Shown here one piece after another: positions 51,835 to 63,527 of a stretch of DNA of 64,000 nt; position 1 is the stretch's first letter, and every line of letters begins with the position of its first letter. The position numbers and the translations under genes were made by a program. The notes below the pieces were generated by a model. That model saw only the letters and a list, made by a program, of their open reading frames with translations. It made no database searches and had not been told where the DNA came from. Source of the stretch: Saccostrea echinata (lineage: Eukaryota). The stretch lies in NCBI RefSeq assembly GCF_033153115.1, contig NW_026889778.1, positions 29,698,001-29,762,000 on the forward strand, in the 5' to 3' direction.

Positions 51835-53583
51835 TAGATCACCCGTCTTCCTATAATAACCTAACTTCATTTTATGATTCACAAAGAATCGTTTTGTATG
51901 TTTTTTATGGAGAATCGTGTATGTCTCACTATAAAAATCATCTCTATGATTCTATGTTCTACTTGGTATATAGGACACTAAAAATATATGCGTTTATAGG
52001 TTGAATTTCAGGTTAAGCGTTTCCTTATCCTACATAATACATTGGACAGAGTTTTAGTCAGAAGTCAGCATTAAGAAGATCTCTTGTATTCTGATTGTAA
52101 GATAAAATTTTATGTGTATGGATTAGAATTGTGGCACTATTGATCTGTACATGTATATTGATTGGAATGGCATGTTACCGATTTTATCCCTGGGAATTTA
52201 TGGTCTCGCAAGTATGACAAAGTTGATCTGTAACTTAAAGAAAATGATTTTATAAATGCTTTGAATACTACATGTACTTTAGTTTACAGCAAAATCTCTC
52301 TCTTCCTATGGCATATTTTTTTTCTTGAAAATTGAGAAAAATATCAGTTATTGCATGTATCTGTAAGTTATACAGGAAAAAGACAAAATCAATACAAATA
52401 CCAGAAAGTGCGCTGTAAGATTAAATACACATGTATACATAGCATAGGTACTGCGTGTTGACAGGATCATGTAATTGGTTATGTGTAGTCTTTTAATGTA
52501 TCGATACAGGTGGGTATAATAGGACTGTTATGTGCAGGTAACAAGGCGCCGTTATCTGATCTGTCTTTTATTACACGTTAACACCACGGTGATGAGACCC
52601 CCGAATACCGGAGATGATCGTTATGGGTGGCTGCTGGAATTTCCAGGTAAGAAACCCGGTATGAGGGGGGTGGGGTGGGGGGTTGTTCAAATACGCTCAT
52701 TTTAAGTTTGTCTAGTGGTCGTAAATAAAATGTCCTAATATATTCAAAAACGGAAAGATGTTCCGTGGATTTTGTGATTTTCTAGTTACAATACTAATTA
52801 AAATCCCACTAGAAGTAAAATGCAAGACAAGGATGTCCCCGTCTTTGGCCTATTTTTAGATTTTTTATGTGAAATTTTATTTCACACAATGAAATTCCGA
52901 AAATTGCAAAGTTATGTGTGTAATAATAAATTTAATAAGAAAATTTTTTGATAAAAAAATTCTTTTCCTCCTGCTAATTCTGAGCCATATTTTACAATAC
53001 AATATTTTACAAATACAAATTTACGGTTACAGAGTATTGCCTCTACAAGTAAATTGTCCACCTTTGGGAAAAGAAACCTCTGATTTCCACCTATTGTTGT
53101 TTGAACACTGTCAAATATTTGCATGAAATTAAGAGACACAGAGTTGGGCAAATATTTCTTTACCTCCTTTTAATTTGTTTTGAATGTGATGACTGTGCGT
53201 TAGAAGTTTAGTCCTCGACAAGGATCAAAAGCTCCGTGTCCCTGACTACAAGCTGATAAGACCGATATAAAAAAAAAATAATAAAATACTGTATCACCAA
53301 CGGATCTCTGGTGCTGACCATACACAAATAGGTGTCTTCTGACAGAGAACGGTGTTAAATATCTGAAACAATGGATAGACGATGGGAAAGATCTCATATA
53401 CAGATATAACTGTTTATTAGTTTTACAAAACACTTATATTGGAAGTGCCCCCATACTGCAATGCACGCCTGTTATAGGCCTACCTCTTCTTTATGTATCT
53501 ACGTTTTATTTTGATGTTACTTGTATTGATACAGGCTTTATCTTTTCCACTTTCACAGCTATAACATGATGTAAAGTGAAGTT

Positions 53584-54765
53584 ATGGAAGTGCGAATATT
53601 ACGGCATAATTACCTTCCGTCTCTCTACAGACAGACGACAGAAAAACTTCCGCTCACCCGACTGCGGCGGGAAATCGACCTAACGATGAAAAAAGTTCTC
53701 CAAACAGAGATTCCGGTCTCTCCAGTGGCCAAAGAATTGTTTGATCAATGTATGTCTCACCTGCTCCAATATCTGAAAACCAATCAGTACAATTTAGACT
53801 GTTCAGAGCCCCCTGTCTATGCAGGGGATGTGACGCCTTGGACTCCCTACAAAAAAGAGTGTCCATGCTACCTGATTCAAATGAAAGTGGGAAAACTGGG
53901 TGGAACGTACGTCGAACCGGGATATGTGGTTTTTCCACTGTCGGTCAAAAAGGACAAAAAAGTTATCAAAGTGTATAAACTCGACTTAAGATCTGATGAT
54001 AAACAACATTTAAGTCCTAAAAAAATGTACAAAGCAGTTTTTCTCGTTTTCGAAGCTGCTATAGTTAAACTGAAGAAGTCGTTGGCAAAAAGCAGAAGTA
54101 CACTGACGACTGCTAGCTATCAATCGACAGAAACTACAAAGGTAACGAAAACTGACAAACCAGCTATTGTACCAAATATTTATCTTAAAACAAGAGATAA
54201 GGACCTTTGTCTTGTGATGTCACTTCCGGGAGGGAACGAGGTGGAGTTAATTCCTACCATCACGGTGTCTCCAGATGGACCCTTTATTGTTGCCAAGCCT
54301 TTTGAGCACGATGAAAATCCGGCTTCAGATATGTTGTGGCGCACAAACTTCTCTCCGAACGAGGAGCATATATTGAACGCTGTCACAAATGGGGATCGCG
54401 AGCAACGAATTAATGCCGCCAAAATATTAACGTTTATGTGCCAAAAAGAATGGAAACTTAACCATGTGACGGCATATCAGGTAAAAAATATACTTATGCA
54501 CGAAATAGACTTTCAAATTGACCATTCTCCAAGATGGCAGCGATTTACTCCAGAAGAATGCATGCACTTAATTTTGTTGAAAATGCTCGAGTTTTCCAGG
54601 GAACGATTTTTGCCTCACTTTTTCGAAGAAGACCTTAATCTCTGGGGACATCTCACAGACAGACAGTTCCGATTTATGTGTAATGAACTTGAGCAACTCA
54701 CGCGAGACGACGATGAGATGTTGAAAGTCATCAGTCGAATCAGAGTAGACAAAATAGATTACTAG
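53584..54765 (+). CDS. Mab-21/cGAS-like nucleotidyltransferase-fold protein (cGLR family), 393 aa, single coding exon, catalytic residues degenerate
   Basis: Long ORF with Mab-21 C-terminal motifs FIVAKP, LWRTNFSPNE, AYQVKNILMH, PRW and LPHFFEEDLNLW. Acceptor TTTCACAG at 53558 and an upstream donor CAG|GTAAGA at 52646 imply a 5'UTR exon. Confidence 0.85.
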   Translation: MEVRILRHNYLPSLYRQTTEKLPLTRLRREIDLTMKKVLQTEIPVSPVAKELFDQCMSHLLQYLKTNQYNLDCSEPPVYAGDVTPWTPYKKECPCYLIQMKVGKLGGTYVEPGYVVFPLSVKKDKKVIKVYKLDLRSDDKQHLSPKKMYKAVFLVFEAAIVKLKKSLAKSRSTLTTASYQSTETTKVTKTDKPAIVPNIYLKTRDKDLCLVMSLPGGNEVELIPTITVSPDGPFIVAKPFEHDENPASDMLWRTNFSPNEEHILNAVTNGDREQRINAAKILTFMCQKEWKLNHVTAYQVKNILMHEIDFQIDHSPRWQRFTPEECMHLILLKMLEFSRERFLPHFFEEDLNLWGHLTDRQFRFMCNELEQLTRDDDEMLKVISRIRVDKIDY

Positions 54766-55287
54766 ATTTAATAATGTATGTTTGAAATATCACACAATTA
54801 GGCAGCACTTCTTGCTCTATAATTGTCTTTCATAAATCTTTATAAATAAACTCTTCCTACTCATGTAACAATATTGAATAATTGCTTGTTCGTCATTGAA
54901 ATGATATTTGCTGCTTCCTTGGAAGAAATCGTGAATTGTAATGAAAGTAATATAGGCAATAAAACAAACAAAGATGTCAGAATGTGTCTGATTGGATTGG
55001 TGATTCTTCCTACATTTTTTCCTATCTGAATAAACATGGTCCAACATACATAAACGATAGCAACACCAGAGGTATCATCCCTTTAAATTAAGGTGACGGA
55101 CAACGCTTATTTGTACACACACTGTTGCAACTCCACCCATGCAAAGAATTCCTGGATCCACACCTGAACATTTGTCCTTTATTCTTCTGCTCAAACAATA
55201 CAAATGATTTCCACTTCCCATGTGACCGAGTATAGGTCTTTTATACTGTCTTCCCACAATTATTATTATTATTTTTTTTATTAAAAT

Positions 55288-56247
55288 TAGGGATGTCAAT
55301 TTTGTCAATAATTCATATTCGAATATTCAATGAAAGTTTTCGAATATTCGATAAAATAAAAAAAAAAATCTGGTTATTTTAAATGTACATCATACTTTCA
55401 TGGCAGGTTTTGCGTCGGTATTTGGGGGTAAAATTGGATGTAGACTTTTGTAGGTTTACAATAAGGAATTCTACATTTGATATTTGTCAACGTTTAAAAT
55501 AAATAATTGATTTAAGTGTATACAACCGAAATATAATTTTAACAAAATGATATCTAAACAAGCTCATACTGACAAACCAGTCGTCTAACCAGGGGCAAGA
55601 TTGTCGTTTACCCTTCAGATTTAAATACATGTAATTAATTACAATTATCTGCTAAATAGGAGATATATTATAATATTTGATACAATAATTTGAAAATAAT
55701 ATAAGTAAACATTTCCATAGACAATTTTCCTAGGTCATTAATTTCCCGATAATGATTTTAAAATTTTAAATTCAATCTGAGATAATCAAGTAATTGATGC
55801 ATTATTCAGGAAATTGAGGCCTGTACAATATTACAGGCTGATTCTATCAAAGATAGATAAATAAAAGAAAATAATCTCATAAGTACACTCTTCACGTCTC
55901 TTAGACATTGAAGAAGGGTTTCATTTCGTTGTCGTCGATTCTAGATCCGATCATTTTAAACTATTGAAAATACTTTTTATATTATACATTAATAAGTCTT
56001 GTTTATTTCTTTTATACCTTACTCAAATGAAATAATTCAGAAGATCTATAAGGTAAGAAAGTAGCGAAAGAAATCAGGGGATCGCTAGTAAATAAAACGG
56101 GAATAATTCCAGCACTGTTCTAATTAAAATTTATTTCCCTTTTTTGTGAAATCTGAAAAACACCGAATATTCGAATCTTAAATTCATATTCGAATATTAA
56201 CTCATCGAATGAATATTCGAATGTTCGAATATTCGTTGACATCCCTA
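55288..56247. mobile_element. hAT-type MITE (TAGGGATGTCAA TIRs, ~8-bp TSD) nested in a small palindromic element
   Basis: TAGGGATGTCAA ... TTGACATCCCTA with subterminal ATTCGAATATTC repeats; flanks ATTAAAAT / ATTAAAAA. Confidence 0.82.
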
Positions 56248-56785
56248 ATTAAAAAAGAAAATTCAAATAGTCATAACTCAAATTTTCTATTTTAATAAAA
56301 AAAATTGTGGGAAGACAATACCAATTGTCGAATGATAATAGAATCCGTCGATATGACGATTGCTCCATTTTCAGCTGATCATCAATTTAACAAGTAGTAT
56401 ACATATTTGTAATTTTAACCATTTTGAAATTATTAGAATTAATCTGTGGTGAAATCACAAAATAGTAACAACAAAAAAAAAAGAATTGTTTATTCCTTCA
56501 ATTTTAAGATTAAATTTTTCAATATTTAGATTTTTTACTGACATGAATTACTAACTCGCGCTGAGTAAATGAATGCGCTTCGTCAAAAACAAACAAACCA
56601 GATTAAAACAAAAACAAACATACACAGAAACCTTATATCGTCTTCTAGTAAACCAAATCTTTTTCCTGTAAAAATAAAACAAACAAACAAACGAGCCAAT
56701 AAGAATAACTTAAAATAACTCCCCGGATCATCTAAATCAATTTTGTACACCAGGGATACATGGATATATTGTAAGTTGGAAACAT

Positions 56786-56874
56786 ATTACGTAATGTGAT
56801 AGGAGTTTGAGCACCTGCAGATAAAGGTGTGGAGTCCACGATAAAAAGGAACAGCTGCAAGTCTTTCTATAAAA
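56786..56874 (+). promoter_or_regulatory. Compact TATA promoter of the secreted-protein gene
   Basis: TATAAAA at 56868-56874, about 60 nt upstream of the ATG; perfect palindrome ATTACGTAAT (bZIP-type) at 56786-56795; two GATAAA sites; E-boxes CACCTG and CAGCTG. Confidence 0.55.
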
Positions 56875-56929
56875 GCAGTGTTACGTTTAATGAGAAAAAA
56901 CAACACTTCTTATTCCCATCTACTGCACA

Positions 56930-59130
56930 ATGTTACTCCTAGCTTTTACACTGTGCCTTACGACGGTTACAGCAGCCCCGAGCCAAGTCTGCAAAGAGGC
57001 CTTCCATAACGCAGGGATTTCAGGCAAATACAACGAAACAATAGCACATGCTATTCACTCTATGACGGTGGAGGGTCTGCGGTTGTTTAATCCAATGGCA
57101 ACAGAGCAGAACAAAGTTCCCACTGTGAACCAAGACCTGTCACAAAATCAGAAAGTGCTACCCTACGCTCCACATTTCCACATCTCCACAGACTTTGCTA
57201 CGCCCACGATGAACATGGTTGACAAAATACTGTCCACTGTGGGGAACTCCAAAGACGGGCTTGGGCCACACTGGTCGTCTGTTGAGAGAATAGCACACAT
57301 TTTTCACATGTGGGATCTGTGGCAAAAGGTGAGACCAAATTGTAAGCATACACAAAGCTTCTTTTTTATTACAAGATAATAAGAAATCAAGCAAATTTGT
57401 TTCACTGAAATCGAAGGCTAAAGTGGGCTTATATTTTTGGTAACCAATATGGTTTTTCTAAAACATTCGGAATGTTATCCTTCGCTAAAGCATTCTTATT
57501 TCTATATTCATTAAAAAGAATTGATCCAAAGTAGCAGAAGTCAAATTCTGAATTTTGTGACTTAATCTTGCTTGAACAGTTTACCAGTAATCTGCAATTT
57601 CTTATTACATGTATTATAAGCAATTGCTTTAAAGATTTCATTGTTCAGATTTGTGCATAAGTTTTACATTCCATTTTTTTTAAAATTTAATTTTAGCAGT
57701 TGCTAAAGTCTTATTCATGTAGGTAGAATTAACCTTAAACAAGGTTAGATGATTAGCTTTGTGGTCCATGGGCCTGCTTTTGTTCCATTGCGATTTTCCT
57801 TTAATTGCCATTCTGAGCTACGTATATTTTGTTAAATATTTTCATAGTTTCCACCCAGTATGCTTACACTCGATGTAAAGTTTCTCCTCAATTATTTATT
57901 AGTTCTCGTTTTTCATGAGAAATATCCATCTTACACTAGACAAAATTGCTAACACACCATCAAAGGAAATTAATCGTTACCTTTTTAAAATTTATTTAAG
58001 ACGTATCTGATATATAAATATGTAACCATGATTAAAAGTAAAATGCTTAAATAGCCAAACATACATGTAGATGGTAACTGAAGCATTTCATAAAAATGCA
58101 TGTAAATCGTGCTTACACATTTCAGAGGAATAAACTCCCATATTTGAAATTGTGTTCTTTCTTTGCATTCATTAAAAACTCAGAAAAAACATGACTGGGT
58201 AGGCAGCGTTTGATCATAGAGGAGCTTGTTAGGGCAGTTGGTATGATATCTCCATGATGTTACTTTGGAGATGTTCGTTTTAAAAATAAAGCAATTCAAA
58301 AATTGTTGCTTTTATTGGTTGAAAAATACTTTGAGTAGATTAAGGAATGTAAATATGTCTGCTGTGTAAGCATGACATTTAATACACACCACACGACTCT
58401 TGCAAGATTGTACAGTAAAATTGTGACAACCGGAAGTGTGATGGACTTGGTACGGATGTCATAGCATTAAGTGACTACTAGGGTTACTACGTTCGACATT
58501 TTGCTTAATATCGTTTGAGAGGTAGGGTCATCCTCGCTATTTTAACCTCTCTGATCACCATCGTTAACCGCCAACCTTATATCAGTGCTTAAAAGGTGCG
58601 CAACTAGTCATCTAAGGGTGTTGAAATAAAAACATTAGCATATTCGACTGCAGTAGGTAATCTATAGTGACTATAGATACATGTATACTCGTATCGACGA
58701 GGCAGATGTATTTGCAGATGAAAATATTGAGTGCTGTGTTAGCAATTTTGTCTTGTGTATACTAGTTTATTAAATCACAGCCTAGAATTCTTAATGTTTG
58801 ATTTCTTCATCAGATTAAGTACAAATATCATTATTGTATGGTTACCCACAGATCTACGAGACATCGTGGCAAGACGTTTTGGTCAACCCCCCTGAGCCCA
58901 CTACATGTATTTGTCTGAAGGACACCCGAGCTAATGGCATAAAGGCAGCCGTGGAGTGGGTGGCAAAACACTACGAAACGGGTACCCCTATTACTCTTCT
59001 GAATCGCCCGATCCCTAAACTGACAGACGCCCAAGCCTGGTCAGTGTGGAAACAACGTCTGCTTCACTACTACACACCAGAGGCCCTCCATGACGCCGCT
59101 GTCTACCTGTACTGTGTTTCACACAACTAA
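56930..59130 (+). CDS. Uncharacterised secreted protein, 2 exons, 225 aa
   Basis: Exon 1 56930-57328 (signal peptide MLLLAFTLCLTTVTA; donor AAG|GTGAGA, phase 0). Exon 2 58852-59130 (acceptor CCCACAG|ATC, in frame to TAA). Both exons are GC/CpG-richer than the flanks. Confidence 0.82.
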
Positions 59131-59183
59131 TACCATCCAAAATACCAGACAAACACATTTTAGTTTATGTCTATAAAATAAGC

Positions 59184-59915
59184 CTACAATACAAATGAAA
59201 CAAGTGTTTTTCTTTCATACTTTAGAGAAACTGTTTCAAACATTTGTTTCCATTTCCTATTTTCTCTCCAGCTTTGGAACCATTTATTTACGTGTTCCTC
59301 CAAGGCACCAAGACAGTCCGGGAAGCTGAATGAGTAAATAACATTTGTCTGTGTGTCTGTCCTTCTGCCGAGGACTTCCACGTGTTGGACGACTTGTAGA
59401 TTCCCCATACTTTCAAGACTCTCAGAGTCAAACCAATACACAACAGGGTACCCAATTAGGAGACCAAACACGGTGGCCAGATTTACATGGTTATCTCCTT
59501 TATACGCAGTAGCTACTCCGTCTTCCATCACGAGAGAAAAACACGTAGAAATCACATGTTCCAAAACATCATTTTTTTCTATTATCTTCGGAGTATCATT
59601 TGTTGACGATATATCAACAAATTTTACCACCATCGATTCGGAGTGCAGCTTGACGAATTCTTCTGGATTAATAATAAGATAATCCATTCCTACCGCCACG
59701 GCCTTTAAGTTGTTCTGAATGAGATTATAGCATTTCAAGTCACTCACAAGGTTAACTACAGACTCTAAAGTACTTACTCCAAAGTCCACTAAAAAGGCCG
59801 GTTTAAGTCCAAAATCAACAAACTGAATGTTCGATTTAATTTCACTTGATCTGTGTTTTAATTTACTCCCTAAATGCGTACTGATCAAGTTCATCCAAGG
59901 AGCACTGGTATCCAT
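59184..59915 (-). CDS. C1orf74: UPF0739 protein C1orf74 homologue (DUF4504), single coding exon, ~243 aa
   Basis: Motifs VDFGLKPAFLVD, NLATVFGLLIGYPVVYWF and IYSFSFP match recalled C1orf74. Acceptor TTTTCAG lies 3 nt before the ATG (MDTSAPW), so ORF-track residues upstream of it are probably intronic. Confidence 0.85.
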   Translation of the reverse strand: MDTSAPWMNLISTHLGSKLKHRSSEIKSNIQFVDFGLKPAFLVDFGVSTLESVVNLVSDLKCYNLIQNNLKAVAVGMDYLIINPEEFVKLHSESMVVKFVDISSTNDTPKIIEKNDVLEHVISTCFSLVMEDGVATAYKGDNHVNLATVFGLLIGYPVVYWFDSESLESMGNLQVVQHVEVLGRRTDTQTNVIYSFSFPDCLGALEEHVNKWFQSWRENRKWKQMFETVSLKYERKTLVSFVL

Positions 59916-60428
59916 GTCCTGAAAATCTGTATTTAAAAAAAAAGTTTTATAGAGTACACTTAACTTTATTAGCACGGCCGGCAAAAAAGACACATACATG
60001 TACATACGTGAGCAATTCTCTACATGCACCTACATTATCCAGCTTCAGACAAATTTCTAGCATACTTCGCCTCGCCAAATGCGGATTTCCATTTCACACC
60101 CTGTTTAAGTGTCACTAACTAACTTTGTTATACCTTTAATCATTGTTTCCAATATACCGTAAATCTATACATCTCCAATGTTTTTCTGAGCGAGAAAAAT
60201 TCGATGTTGGATGTTGGACTGCTAAATGAGATATTGGACTTGTAATTTAGATATTGGAACTGCTTTGACGTTTTCTGTTTGTTTTTTTTTTTTTTGGTTT
60301 TTTTTTTTTTTTTTGGTTTTTTTTTTGTTGTTTTTTTTTTTTTTGTCAAAATGTAGGCGGGGTCAGCTTAATCTTATCAATTATCGCAAACAAGGAAGCT
60401 AGCGCAAGTTATATATCAAAATAAAAAG

Positions 60429-61350
60429 TTAAGGAGGGATTCTTGGCTGGTTTCTGACTAGATAAAATATTCAAAGTATATTTGCTTATATCTCTTATAT
60501 ATTTAGATGTAAGGGATTTAAAAGATCATATTTTTCTTTCCTCATCATAATTGTACAACTTTAAATAGAAATGGTAAACTGAGTTTGAAATCCAACAGGG
60601 ACTATATTTTTGGCGGAACGGTGGCGTACGAAAATATCTCCTTTTCTGCTTCTCAAAATTACTATAGAACAATGAATTTAGTTTTAAAAAATTAAACAAT
60701 CAAAGACTTTATGAAAATTTCAAATGTAAATAAATCAATAATAATGGACTGGGGTTTTAAAATGCATCAAATAAATATGGTTTTCCAAACAAACTGCAAT
60801 TTTGTTGGTTTTAAAAACTTCCACTCTAAATACAGATTTGAGCAAAAAATCCGTAAAAAGTGTTTTTTCTCTCTTAGTAAACGGTCAAAACTTTTTGTTT
60901 TTGTATCAATTTGTATCTTTATATGACTACTTTACCATACGTGAAAATGAGAAAAATTTAAATATACGAAGGATATAAAAATAACTAATATATCCTAAAA
61001 ATCTAGGAAAAACAGAGGAAATTTGGATTAGCCAACATCTATTTTAATTAAATTATTCATGTCAATTTGGTAATATCACCTAATAGACCATATATGGTAA
61101 TATCTTTTTATGCAAAAAGAAAAACATTTAATCTTTTGAAATAGAAGTAGCCATGGCATGATTGGCAACAGTAATTTTTTATTCTTAAGGTCAAGGAAAA
61201 AGATAATGACCTTAACCTGACCTTGCTTTTAAAATAAAACGGTCAAATTTAATCTAATTGATACCATCACTTAATGATAATGTCTTCTTGAATCGATGAA
61301 AATTTCATTAATTTTTAAATACAAGAAATGTGAGAAGAATCCCTCCTTAA
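60429..61350. mobile_element. Non-autonomous Kolobok-like element with TTAA TSD
   Basis: TTAA-GGAGGGATTCT ... AGAATCCCTCC-TTAA. Purine (GG) termini with TTAA fit Kolobok rather than piggyBac. Confidence 0.8.
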
Positions 61351-61362
61351 AGGTACAACAAA

Positions 61363-61501
61363 ACATTTATTGACTGTGTTCTCGGGGAACTTGCGTTTGT
61401 CGACCCCTCAAACCGAACTGTTTGCCTTCGGCCTCTGACAAACAGTTTGGTTCTTCGGTCCGACAATATGCAAGTTGCGCTCGAACCCAGTCAATAAATG
61501 T
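61363..61501. repeat. ~140-bp imperfect palindrome (foldback element)
   Basis: ACATTTATTGACTG...AACTTGC...AACTGTTTG-(CCTTCGG)-CAAACAGTT...GCAAGTT...CAGTCAATAAATGT. Confidence 0.75.
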
Positions 61502-63527
61502 ATATAGAGTAACCAGTAATATTACATCAGAATTGAAAAGCACATATTCATAAAAACAACCCCTACTCTAAAAAAAAAGAGAAATAAAAATGAAAGCATT
61601 AATAGATTAGAGATGTTTGGTCGTAGCTCTTATAGGGCCAACTGACCTTTTATTAGATGCAGATTTGTAGCTCACTAGTCTGAAAATAATTTTGATAGAC
61701 ATCCTTGTCAATGAACATTTTGTCGCCCTGCGCATACTGTCGCAGAATACAAAATGTATTCCCTCGGGGAATAGTTCCTGTCGCGGGTTTGGATGAGTAT
61801 ATTAATTATTTATCTTTTTTTTTTGAACGAAAGAAAAACAAAACAAATTAAATCAAGTGTTGATCAAACTTTGTCAGTAACATTGAATACTTACGTATCT
61901 TATATTTGCACAAAAAGGAGCAAATCATTAATTTTAGGGCGGTAATAAAGTGTCTTTGTTCCTTCGACACTTGGTAGCTGCAATGGGTTTCCGTATGTGA
62001 TCTTCCATAATCTCACAACCGGCCAAATGGGGACACCAAAGATGACACTTTTGAACAATGATCAAGAGAAAAAAAATGCAAATACGGTTTCAGGTCAATG
62101 TCCAAATAATAAACATCATCAAAATTACTTGTAACTTAATACATAAACATTATATATACGCTGTATAATTCAAGTGACGAAGCACTTGTGGTCATGCTTC
62201 AAACCTACGGTAGACCATTCGGGAAACATTTATTCTGCTTTTTTGCTTGCAGTTTTTGACATAAAACAGTCTCTCTCCTTGTAGATATTTAAGAAAATCC
62301 AATGTAATTTGGTCATCCATAAGATTAGTTAGAATAATCTAACTGTATCTCGGGACAAGCTCTCACCACAGTTAGAATACGTCCCATATACTTGCAATGT
62401 AGCAAATCGGAGTGGATCCACTCCGAAATGTTTTGAAGAATACAAAAGGAGTTGCACTGAAAATAACTACCAAATTAATCATAACAAACCTTTTTGAGAT
62501 GGTATATGTCTTTTAACCTAAAAAATAATCCATATAAATACGAAAACCCAACTCATTTTCTCAACGTTTTTTCCTCGCTTCAAATTTAACGCCATGTTGA
62601 CATTCGGAACTCTCTGGATTGTTCATAGAAAATGCACAGAGTACGAGTTATCGCCCGTGTTTATTTTGCAACATTGCCAATACATGGAACGAATTCTATC
62701 GTTAAACCGGGTCCGTAGGACAATATCATTTTAACGATAGAATGTTCTATCTACCATAAGATAGGTACTCCGTAGGATAAAACCAGAGACTTCCATTCCG
62801 CGGTCTCTGGTTTTATCCTACATTTATAGCCCCAACCGGAAGTTTTTGTATCGCTTCTAAAGTCTTAATATGTATCGAGGTAATTTTCGATGAATAAATG
62901 AGTGGTTTACAACAAAGAGGCTCGACCAGAGACGTCTGAAAGGATTTATTTGTCAAGGAAAAAGTCACTCGAAGCGGACGATGTCATTTCAAAGTGGGTT
63001 AATGATTGACATATTAACAAAATATGAGCTTGAAGGGGGGAGGGGTGAAATTGAGTTAGGTACCTTGTGAAAAGAAAAAGAAGGGGTTGACCCCATATAT
63101 GAATCAAGTACCTGCGATTCCAATCCACCGAAAAATAAAGGTTCTGAACACATTCATATGGGTTTGTATTCGAACACAGACCTGAAGCAAAGGCTTCGCT
63201 TCAGGTCTATGATTTGAATTAGCTTCACATGGAGTATTGGTTAGGGATTTGACCAACTTGCATTATTTCGTGTAAACTCTCAGGGATGCCTTTTAATGCT
63301 GTATAAATTTAGAGGTATAATAACAAAAAGCTTAGTGCAACATGTCGATGGTCAAATATATCTTTCAATGAAAAACGAAGAAAAATTATATTATGCGCTA
63401 CAAAATGTGTCATATGTTTATCTGCTCTTCATGGGTTACCGTTTAAGCCCAAATACAATCAGAGATAAAAAGTTTATTTACCTTTAGCAGCAGGTGGACA
63501 TATAAACAACACAGGCAGTGTTTCGGA

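Noticed and set aside
58814-58851. Upstream acceptor (TCATCAG at 58813) for exon 2 of the secreted protein
   Set aside because: Gives a frameshift and early stop; the acceptor at 58851 keeps the frame.
59916-60029. N-terminal 38 aa of the 281-aa ORF
   Set aside because: Precedes a good acceptor (TTTTCAG) and looks intronic; the likely start is the ATG at 59915.
60140-60349. Lys-rich ORF
   Set aside because: Translation of a poly-T/A low-complexity tract.
63501-63506. TATA box for RENBP
   Set aside because: Only about 22 nt before the ATG, too close to allow a leader; a nearby acceptor-like CCTTTAG|CAG suggests the TSS is further upstream.
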